DNA of 64,000 bases, taken from contig OZ241832.1 of assembly GCA_965202585.1 (NCBI GenBank), forward strand, positions 45,384,001 through 45,448,000, read 5' to 3'. Under the pieces are notes generated by a model that worked only from the letters and a program-made list of their open reading frames with translations, was not told the origin of the DNA and did not search any database. The stretch's first letter is position 1; every line of letters begins with the position of its first letter. Both the position numbers and the translations under genes were made by a program. Source of the DNA: Thalia democratica. Taxonomy: Eukaryota. Of this stretch, positions 1 to 11,068 are shown in pieces.

Positions 1-704
1 GTTAATGAAAAGTCTTCTTTACAAACAAAGTTTCAAAAGTTATAAGCCGTTTATAACACAATGAAAAGAAAATAAAACTTTTTCTTATTAGCGCATATCA
101 CAAAAACAAACCTTTTTTACGATAAAATAAAATGTTTGGATTTTGTTATTGCATTTAGTTGTTAAAGCATTTTTAATGCTCGTTGTTTTAACATTTACAA
201 TTTTGGAAAGAAGACACAAGCGAAACAAGTAAAAGTTTATAAATAAACAGCTTTTTTGGTTAATAAAAGAAACTTTCTTTTTCTCATTTTCCTCTTTTTT
301 CATTGTCGCACAGGCTCCAGGTAACCAGTCTAAACACGCCCCTGCAGTTAGGTACAGCTTATTGAAAATGAAAATAATAAAAAATTGTTAAAGTAATAAT
401 TTCTCTCATTAAAAGTTATTATAAAACGTTTTTTAAATTGTTAAACATTAATAAAAATAACTTTTTTGGTCGAAATTTATGAGGTAAAATGAAATTTTAA
501 ACTTAAAAAGAACGGAACTTGATTGAAACATATAATCAATCTTTCTTCTAAACTTTACATGTACAAAATTTAAACGGAATAGAATTTATGCATAGAACTA
601 TTGATCTGAACTAACCGTATAATATTATAAAGGTTGATATTATTTTATTTGAAATATTTATAAACTGGATTGAGTCGAATGAGAGTTCATTCGAGTGATA
701 ATTT

Positions 705-1167
705 ACCTGGATGGGAATTGATTGGGTGGGAATTGATTTGGCCGGTATTTAATTTGTGTTGGAATTGTGCGGGTTGGATTTGATTTGGGTGGGATTTGAT
801 CGGGTGGGATTTGATTCGGGTGGGATTTGATCGGGTTGGAATTGATTCGGGTTGGATTTGATTCGGGTTGGATTTGATCGGGTGGGAATTGATTCGGGTG
901 GGATTTGATCGGGTTGGAATTGATTCGGGTTGGATTTGATTCGGGTTGGATTTGATCGGGTGGGATTTGATTCAGGTGGGATTTGATTCAGGTGGGATTT
1001 GATTTGAGTGGGAATTAATCGGGTGGGAATTGATCGGGTTCGAATTGATTCGGGTGGGATTTGATCGGGTTGGAATTGATTCGGGTGGGATTTGATTCGC
1101 GTGGGATTTGATCGGGTTGGAATCGTGTGGGTTGGAATTGAGCGCGGGTTGGAAATGTTAGTATACC
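705..1167 (-). repeat. G-rich ~14-15-nt tandem array (GGGTGGGATTTGATTC variants) ending in a transposon-like terminus
   Basis: About 30 imperfect units, ending GGAAATGTTAGTATACC, whose reverse complement resembles GGTATACTGACAATTCC at 1965. Confidence 0.8.
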
Positions 1168-1964
1168 ATTTTAAAAATGTTAGGTTAGAATATTTTTAAT
1201 CAACAATACCCAAAACTTAACAAAAAGCTTTTCGTAAAAAAAACTATATCGTTAATAGATAAATAAACGTTTTATTAACAAACGTTTTGAGCACTTATCA
1301 AATAAACGATTAGTAAGTACAAAACTATATCTTCTTCCAATATATATTATTGTCCTGGACATGACTTTAAACTGTATCCTGGTGTATGACTCGATAACCG
1401 AAAGGTTTTTTCGTACACCAGGTCCTTGGACCAAATACTTGAGCGCTTTTTTTCTTCGTTCAATAAACATACAGTATTGATTGAATTTATTTACAAGTAG
1501 TAAGCATGTGTTAAAAAAAGTGTTTTAAACAAATTAGCAGCGTTTAAACAATCTACAGAATCCAAACAGTTTAAACACAGTTTGAAATGCTTGAGCAAAC
1601 AATGTGCTAAACCATAACTACTAACAAGCTTGCTAATATATGAGTAGAAAATACCAAATTATAAACTTTAGTTGCATTATTTGTTTGTTTTATTTAATTG
1701 AAAACTAAATTTACTCATTGTCATTGTTTAAGTTTTATTACTTTTAAAATATTCATCAGACTTTTTCTTATAACTTTCAGAACAGCTTTTAGTAAGTGGC
1801 TTTACCTAAGTAAAGGTAATATAAAATAAAAAACTTAAAGCTAAATAATGTTTTAATTATGTTGTTGAAACGGATTTAACAAAGTAATAAATTTAAGATG
1901 AAGATTTATAATTTACAAAGCTATACAAATATTTCAATATATTTAAAATTAAGTCTGTTATAAT

Positions 1965-2224
1965 GGTATACTGACAATTCCCACCCACAATCATTTCCCA
2001 CCTGATCAAATACCACCCATGCACGATTTCCACTAATTTTTATTTATTTATTTATTTATTCCCTTATTCTTTAAAGTCGTAGTTTTATTTTTATTTACTA
2101 TTTATTTTTTTACTACCACTGTTACCTTTAACCTTACCTTGGTTGGTAAGTGGTTCTTGGATTTGACTAGGTGGAATTTGATTGGGGATGAGAAATGATT
2201 ATGGATTGGAAATGAGTGGTTTCC
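1965..2224. mobile_element. MITE of the CCACCC-array family
   Basis: C-rich units at left, G-rich units at right, AT-rich core with the CTGTTACC motif. Confidence 0.5.
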
Positions 2225-2639
2225 ATTATAGTTGTTAACATAATTACCAGTTTTAAAAAACTTAATAGTTTAAAATTTTTTGAAAAACTAAGGCGGACAC
2301 TGGCTAGTTTAGATTTTCTATAAAAATCTGACTAATTTTTATAAGTATAATTTTTTTTTCTCAAAATTTTTTATCAAGTTCTTTTGTTTTAAATTTGTTA
2401 CACTTAGGTATTTAAACTTTATAAGCATTTTTTTTAATTGCTAAAGTTTCTTAGGATTTAAACAAATTTTTATATGCACTAAAGCAGTAACTTTCCTTAA
2501 ATTGTGTGGAAAATTTTTGAAGTGCCTCTTGGACACCTATAAGAAGTGTACAGTTTAATGTAACTCAGGCTGGATTTTTTACCTTAAAGAGTAAATTATT
2601 ATAAGCTAAATTAGAATAAACTTTTTAAACTTACAAAAA

Positions 2640-2790
2640 ACCTGAAAGGTTTTATGATGAAAAAGTATTACCTGTACATATACAGACAAGATTTATATAA
2701 AGTTCTTAAATTAGTCCAGGACATAGTCAATTTATCATAAGTTTACTGAAGACGGACTGTTGTCTGAAAGTGTTTTGAACTAAACTAACG
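2640..2790 (+). mobile_element. Possible decayed PLE 3' end with hammerhead-like motif
   Basis: AGTTTA-CTGAAGA-CGGACTGTTGTCT-GAAA..TAAACT (6-bp stem I, but stem III and the cleavage triplet are degenerate), preceded by an ORF end KYYLYIYRQDLYKVLKLVQDIVNLS*. Confidence 0.4.
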
Positions 2791-2860
2791 TGCTTTAAAC
2801 TTGTAGATTGTTTAAACCATTGTTTGATTTTTTGTAACTCTACATAAATTTTATTTGTTA

Positions 2861-3509
2861 AGGGCGGTCATATAGTCTGGAAATCTGAAATTACCTGGGA
2901 TTTAAAAGTTTAGCAAAAAAATGAAAAAACTTTAAACTTTTATTAAAAAAAAACTTTAAGTTTTGTACCATTTTTATATAAAAATTTAGAAAATTAGTTA
3001 AGTAAGACATTTTAAAACCTTAGTATTCCTTTGTTTTATTTAGGATTTTGTTTATTATAAAACACTGTTAAAGTAACTATCTAATATTTGTATACTTATA
3101 ATACGGTATAAAATGTTTCATAAATACTTGACAAAAAGTCTTGTAACTTGGCAGAAAATAGGAAATCCCAGAATTTATTTAAAGCCACTCTGTTTATTTC
3201 AAGATAGCAAAAATACCTGGAATCCTAGAAAAACCTGGAATTTTAAACAACTTTTACATGTTAGGTAGTAAAATTTTGACTTGACACCAAAAATCTATGA
3301 AAGTAAATTTTTTTTGTGATCATCATAACTTCTTTATTAAAAAACACATTTAAAGAACCTTTAAGATGTCTTTACAATATTGTTATACTGTTTAACACAG
3401 TTTTTTACTTTTAAAATTTTTATCTCAAACTTAATTTTATACTAAAAAAAGGCCCTGTGTTATTTAAAAACCTGGAAGAAATTTTGAAAACTTACATTTG
3501 GCAACCTTG
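2861..3509. mobile_element. Degenerate MITE of the CAGGGTTGCC family
   Basis: AAAACCTGGAA repeats and right end TTGGCAACCTTG, shared with 7985-8066. Confidence 0.55.
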
Positions 3510-5356
3510 TTACTTTTATGTTTTTCAACAGAGATATTTAGTAAATCGTTGAATCATCCCTACATTTAGAAACATAATAGAATCTAGATAATTTAAGAAA
3601 AATCAAGCTATTTGACTCGTTTTTAAGCTAAATATTTACCCAATAGTCACTTTTTGGTTTTTATCATTGTAAATACTTCCTAATACTTAACTTGACTGTA
3701 TAAATAGAAATTCCACCTAAGTTTTCTTATTTTAGTAAAACAATTTTAAAACTGTTTTATATTTTCTAGAAAATAAATCTTAACTAAAAGTAAACAACAA
3801 ACTTGAAAAAAGTAAAGCCATAAAAACAAGTTTTTCACAATTTATTTATGTGTGTCTGAAAAAAGAAGAAGGTATTTTTGTTTTTATTTTCAATGAAAAG
3901 TTGATACGTTTTAGATACCTAGTGTTACTATTTGTAGTTTTAGATTACAAATTTTTATAAAAAAATTAAACAATAAAGATTTTTTACAAATTTAACTAAA
4001 TAGAGTTTTGCAAATTAAATAGATTATTCACGACCGGTTTCGGTGGCAAAAGATTGCAACCTTTTCAAGCAAGTTAAAATATTAAAGTGAAGTATTAAAC
4101 TAAAATATTAAATTTAACTAAGTATAATGTGTAGATTATCTAAAATTATTATAATCTACATATTTTATATTATAAATATTAAATTTAAATAAAATAAGTT
4201 TTGCTTTAATATAGCTACTATGAATATTTTTAGTTTTGATAAAAAAGTTACACTGTTTGTTTTCATTTATAACTATAAAAATCTGCTTTTTAAAACATTG
4301 AGTACTAAACAACCAACTTTGAATGTAATTCTTAGACATAATTTTATTTAGCATACTAGCTTTGGAAATTGTAGATTTAGAGCTGTTCATGCTTACAAAC
4401 AGTAATTATCCAATAAATACTGTCAGTATAATAATAGTCTATTTGTGTAAAAAAATAGCTGTTTTTTCATCCAGCTGGCTTTGCTTGTTTTGTTTTGTAG
4501 GGTTAAATCCTTATTCTGTTAAATTTTATGTAATTATACTTATAAATTTATGTACATAAGTATTTTTTTTCATAAAGTTATAAAACTTGTATACACCTCC
4601 TAAATCATGCATTTATTTAACATAGTTTAAATTAGGATATATTTTTATTAGTTTTTGAAAAGTACATCATTTTTTGTCATTTTAAATTTTTTGAGTATAA
4701 GTATGGAGTTTGTAGGATTGTCTAAATTGAGAAAAATTAACTTGCCACTTTCGTAATTTTAATAAATTGAAACATTCAGAATAAGAAAATATTTTGTTTT
4801 CAAATGAAAATTCATTAAGTTTTTTGCAAAATGACAAAAAGCCTAGTTTAAAAATTTTTTAAAGCTCAGGCTAGTTTAGTATTTTTTCAAAACTAGGGTT
4901 AGTTTGGATATTTTTCTTTAATCTCAGGCTATTTTTTTTTAAATTTTTTTTGTTGACAATCTCCTGATTTAAGTTTTTAAGCTTGATTAATAGTAGTTTT
5001 ATTCACTTTTTGACTTATAATAAGTATTTTTTTATTTCTCACAAACTTGCTAGTTTTCGGTCACTAGGCTGTTTTTTTTCAATTTAAAGAGTGGCAACCC
5101 TGTTTTTTTATTATTTTATGCTAAACAATTTGTTGAAATTAATTAAACATTTATCAAAATCTAACAAAAAAGTTTTATATTCATTTACAATAATTACCAA
5201 TTTTTATATTTTCTATAGATTTTGAATGACTGTTTAGTTAAAAAAATTGTCATAAGTGAGTTTATATTTTAAAGTTTAGATTTTTAGTAAGTTTAAATCT
5301 TTTTGACTTAAATACGATGTGCTGAAACGTTTTGTTTTTTGTTACAGAATCTTGAA

Positions 5357-8300
5357 ATGCAGTCAAAACCGAACGGAAGTAAGCCAAGTAAGTTTAAAAG
5401 TTTTGAGTAAAAAAAATTGTTATGCTTAATTAACAATTTTTCTTATTTCAATAATTGATTCTAGGTTTTTACTTTTAAAATTTATACTGATTTTAAGCAA
5501 AAAGCGTTTTATTGAAACTTTTAAGAATAGTTTTATTAAATTGTCATATGCTTGCTAAAGTTTTTTGTTTTTATAAAGTTTCCAACATTTAAAAAACCTT
5601 AAAAATCTTAAAAAGATATTAATATGTTAAAAATTAAAATTGTAAAGCTAATTACTAAGCAAGTTACTTAAACTTTAATTTTTATATTTAGTAATTTAAA
5701 ATAATGTTTTATTGCACATTTAAGGCTGATTTTCAAGTTGCATTGCAAGTGTTTAGTTTTTTGTTTTTAACCATTCAAATGGTATTGTTTACTTATGTTC
5801 TAAAATATTTAGCTTTAAATTTTTTATTTTAGAAAAATTTAAATGAGGTTTTTGCAGTTTGGCAGCACCCTTTTGTAAATATTTTCAAGCAGTACAAAAT
5901 TGAAACATGGAATAAAGTGAAAAAAGAAGGAAATGTTCAAAAATTGCTTGATAAACAAATAAAATGTACTACTTACAAAATTCAAGGTTATTAGTTATGA
6001 TTTGTTTCAATAAAAAATAATATCAAAACGCTTTTTATTAAATATCACAACTTAAATGCTAAAGATTATTTAGTTGAAGTAAGTTATAATTAATAAGTAC
6101 TACAAAAGTTCTAAAAATTTTTTAACAGTTTATGTAGAAAATATACAAAAATCTTTAATTTATGCTTATATTTCAAGTTAGTTTTTAATCATATGTCAAG
6201 AATAAAAATGTACTTATAGGTACAACATTTAAAAATTATCATCTACTTTTTTAGTTTGTTTACTTTTTTAGAGAGTTTCTAGATAATAATTTTGTATTAT
6301 ATCTAGATATTTATTTAAGAATTTGTATGTCAGCAACTTTAAAATGTTTTTTAGTGTTTATGAAAACTGTTTAAGAATTTAAATGAAACACAGCGAACTC
6401 TTGCGAATCTACACACATTGCGTCTACAATAACAGTGCGTAAATAAACAAGAGAACATATTTAAACAAGAGGTGGCAAATATATCTACTATGATTTCAGA
6501 AAATGTTCTTTTAGTTATTTATAAAATTCTTATTGAAAGATTAAAAAAAAAATGTTTGACTACATTTTTTCAACTTTTTATTTTATGTTTTTATAATTAT
6601 AACTTAATTGTTTTGAGACATTCTAAAATGTGTAGTTATACAAGAGTGCATAGATTCCTGAGAGGTTACTGTATGTAAGTTTTATAAGTTACATCAAATT
6701 AACTTACAAAAAAATTAATTGGTAAAGCAATTATAGCCCAAACCCAAATTACTTGAAAATAGTTTACAGGGTTGCGTTAAAACCTTGAAAAACTTTGAAT
6801 TTGAGAAATTATGAAAAAAAATCTGAAATTTTGTTTAAGAAATAGTAAAAGAAGCTGAAAAAAATGGAATTAAAAAACAATTTTTTTAACAATTTATATA
6901 TATAATAACAATAACAGTAAACTTAAGAATTTTTTTAAGACTAAAAAAAAGTGTATTACAATTTTTTAATTATTAATTGATAAATTATAAGTTGAAATGT
7001 TACTGAAAAATTAAACTACTATTTTTTACATTTATTTTCATTGTTTTGAATGTCAAGTATGTAAAGTCAGTCAACAAGAATCTATTTCTGATGCAACTTA
7101 AATAGAGTTTAGATTAAAAGAAAATTAAGAGCAAGAGAAATTAGAATATGTCTAATGCGATGTTTTATGCCCAATATATAGTTTTATTATATTATATACT
7201 CTAAGAATTAAGCAGAAAGTTCTAGCGTGATTATGTAGTTCTAGTAATTCAAAATAATTTTTTCATAGTTTATTGTAAAGTTCTTATAAAAATTTGCTTT
7301 GTTTTTTAACTGTTTTTTGATATGAATTCCAAGTTGGTAATTTTCATTTTAGTTTAAATATTTCTTAAAACATCAGTTTCTTAGATAGTTTATTTATCCA
7401 ACATTTGAATTCCAATTTTATTACATTCTAGTATATAAAAGTATGATTCTCTAATATAACTATTTTGTGTGTATATTTTTATGTTCTTTATGATTTAACC
7501 AAACCTTGCATTGGTTGTGCGTTGTTAATTAAAAGTATCTAAGTATTAATTAGTTAGGTTTAATGTTTTTGTTTAATTATGGTTAATATTTTGAATTTAG
7601 ACTTTGATGAAACCATTAAAAAATTATTTTAGTTTCTGCACTTGAAATAATCTTATTTAACTCTATGTTACTTATTGCAAATTATAAAATCTTATTTAAT
7701 TATATAGCTTGATAATTACTAATAAAACAATAAAAAATTAAAACTAACAACGAATTTCAACTAGATTGTATGGCTATTTATGTTATATATCAACATAATT
7801 TAAAGGCTTTGGAACAATCATGTAAAAAGAAATTAAAGAAATTAAATTCGAATGTTACTACAGCTTGCAACAGAATTAAACAAAGATAAAATAGTATTAC
7901 AATATTGTAGTAGTAGTTTACATGTATCAAAAATATTTTTTTTAACTTAAAATTTACTAAATGGTCAAAAAACGATTTACTTTCAAAAACCTGGAAGAAA
8001 TTCTGAAAATCTAGAAGAAATTAAGAAAACCTAGAGAAAATTTGCAAAAACAATTTGGCAACCCTGAGTTTAGTAAATAAAACGAAATCACTCGTCAAAA
8101 ACCTTGTACTTGTTTATTGAAGACAATTAAATCAAATTATATTATAATTTGTCACTTATTAAGTATTTTTATCTTTTTAACATTACATGTTGTTTTGAAA
8201 TACTTTTTCTTTTATTAAATAATAATACCTTGTTTAACGGTTTTCATCAAAAACTTTTGTAGAACGCTTCTTTAACTAGTTAAGTTGAGAATTTTTATTT

Positions 8301-11068
8301 GCATAAAAAATGTTAGTTTTTGTAAAAAAACTACACAACTTATTAAATTTTATTTATACCTTTAAGGTACTTCGATTATTATATCGTTATTTTATTTTAT
8401 TATATCGAAAGCAATTAACAAAGATTTCCACTTCTAGAGGACAGTTAAAATAGTTTACTCTTTCAATACTTTAACTAGTAACTAAGTTTTGGTCTAAGAC
8501 CTCGTCAGCACTTGTACTTATAAGTACTAAGGAGGTCTTTGACCGAAACTAAAAGTTTACTAAAAGTCTTGAAAGAATGTAGTATATTTAGATTGTTTTG
8601 ATAATATTTTTGTTAATGCTAGGTTCCATACCTGCAGCTAATTATATTCAGTTACCTAAGTTGTCTGGTCATTCTCTTGGACTCACAGGCAGATACTTTT
8701 ATATTGCGTTTAGAGTTAGTTATTAAAGTTACTACGAAATGTTGTTATATTAAGCTTTAATGTTCTCTTTAAAACTTATCTATATTAATACTTTGAAAAA
8801 TAACAAATCTATACAAGTTTAAGCATATTTTCTAATGTTTGCTTAAAATAGCTTTGAAAATAAAATCTAAGTTTTACTTAATTGACTATTAAATTCAATT
8901 GTCTTTTTTTGTGAAAAGCTGTTTATTTTAACATCTTTAAGTTTGTCTAATATTTTTTGTTCTACAAACTTTACTAACAACTTATTTTTTGTAGCCTGTA
9001 CCTGAAAAACATTTTGTTGTACATATTGATACTGTAGATAGTGATCAGTGTGTTGTAAGAATTTCATTTTCAAACATCTATAAGGAGTTTAGATCAACTA
9101 GCACTTGGCTTAAGTTTCCCTTCGTGTGTGTGCCTGGAAAAGGTTCCAAATTAGTATTTATTAAATAAGTTTTAGTATTATATCAGAAATAAAACTTAAT
9201 TTATAATTTATTTAAAAAAATGTAAACTATTTTGCATAAAATATACTGGAAACATTAACACCTAATTTTAAAGTTTTTTAAATGAATTCTACAAGTTTAG
9301 TTTTAACTTAAACAAAAAGTAAATATTTAGTACTCGGTTTTATAAAGTTTAATGTAACTTTAATAATTAGATATTTTACTGTAATTTATTGTCTTATTTT
9401 TAGTATAATTAAGAAAACTAAGTGTTTGATTTTTTATGAAAATTGATATAAGTTTTAATTAAAATAGTTTGATAACTTTTAAAACTATTTTTTTTATGTA
9501 AATTAAGTTATATATAAACTGTTGTTTTTTAGTTACAAGTCTAACTCAATCTGTATTCATATTTAATTATAGGTAGTATAGAAGAAATAGTCTCAAGAGG
9601 AGAAAAAAGAAACATTTTAGGACCTGCTCCAATATCCCAGCGCTGGACGCTTCTCGTCATGGACCTCAAATATATTTACTCTACCTATTCTAATAAGTAA
9701 GTTAGGAATATAATCAACCCAAATTAAATCTTATGTCAAAAATTCTTCATATGTAGTTATAAAATTTAAAAAAATGATTTAAGCAAAACTTAAGTAGTTA
9801 AGAAAGATTAAATAAAAGTATGAAAAATTTTCTGTTTAAGTTTTTAGTAATCACATATGTTTTATATTTTTAGAAAGTTTTCACATCTTAAAAGTATGCG
9901 ATTTTGCGCTAATATGTGCATTAAAAATTGCTTTACTTCGGATATAAACTTTGACCCTCGTCTTACTATCAAGCAAGCTCGTAAGCTAGGATTTGTTCGT
10001 AATGATGAAAACTATGCTCCTACACCCAACGATATGAGATTTTTTCTGCCTAAAAATAAGGTTTTTTTGACTTATCTGCCAGTATTTTTACGCTTGTTTT
10101 AAAGAATTATTTTTAATAATTTACAAAAACATAGTTTAAGTTTATAATTAAATAAACTAATTAATTTAATAAAATAAACTTGTCAGTTTAATTAAAGTTT
10201 TTAATGAATTTGATTTTAAGAATTATTTAAGTATCTCAAATTTAATTTTCTAAAATGAACTGAAACATTAAAACTTATTTTAATTATTTTAGTTATTTGC
10301 ATAAAGTTTAGATTAATACTATTATTAAAAAACATCGGCGAAAGTCAGCAGAGCAGAAGCCTGGACTTTCGTTTGCCGTGAGACAAGCTCAAGTTTAACT
10401 AAAGGGTTGATCACGCCAATTCGATCATCAGACCACAAGTTTCGGTAGACTGAGACCGGTTTCGTCCGTATTAGGACTCATCAGTCAGTCACAACCGAAA
10501 AACTTGCAATCTTTAATCTACAAACGGTTTATGATGCTTTCACATTAAGCAACCATTTGCTGAAAAAATATAAATTGTCAGCAAATGGTTGCTTCATGTG
10601 AAAGCATTATAATTGGCGTGATCAACCCTTTTGTTACTATTAATAAAACTTACAAAAAAATGTTTTAAATTTAAATTAGTTTGTAATTTACAGTTTCTTA
10701 ATTAAACTTAGAATAAACAGATTTTAAACATTAAAAACTATTCAAGTAGTAACATTATAACTAAAATATTTCACTGTAATATTTTAAGTTACAATTTTTG
10801 TAATTTATTAACAACCAATAAGTTAAATAACTATAAATTAAACTACTCATGTTTATTTAACAATCATGAGTTTAGAAATTAAATAATAATACAGAAATGG
10901 GACGATTTTTATGACATCATAAGATTTCCAGTTGATGCTCATAAAATCAAACTTCCTTTCGATGCAATACAAAAAAGTGACAACTGTCTGTTGCTTGTTG
11001 ACGAAAATAAAAGAATTGCTGAAACTAGACAAATACCAGGATATATAACTTCAATAGAACGAGTCGAT
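5357..11068 (+). CDS. WDR90: WDR90 exons 1-7: N-terminal CFAP20/DUF667-like domain
   Basis: MQSKPNGSKPIWQHPFVNIFKQYKIETWNKVKKEGNVQKLLDKQIKCTTYKIQGSIPAANYIQLPKLSGHSLGLTGRYFYIAFRPVPEKHFVVHID...HLKSMRFCANMCIKNCFTSD; GT-AG introns. Confidence 0.92.

Noticed and set aside
705-1167. CRISPR-like regular repeats (also 26175-26290 and 53296-53518)
   Set aside because: Units are contiguous without unique spacers, there are no cas genes, and the context is eukaryotic; these are transposon subterminal arrays.
4136-4390. Minus-strand ORF MNSSKSTISK.. preceded by an AG; possible divergent neighbour gene
   Set aside because: No recognisable homology and no supporting partner exons; cannot be distinguished from chance.
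10412-10432. Second CTGATGA-TC-GAA motif in family A (minus strand)
   Set aside because: Lacks stem II, A15.1 and stem III, and the first C is not conserved among copies.
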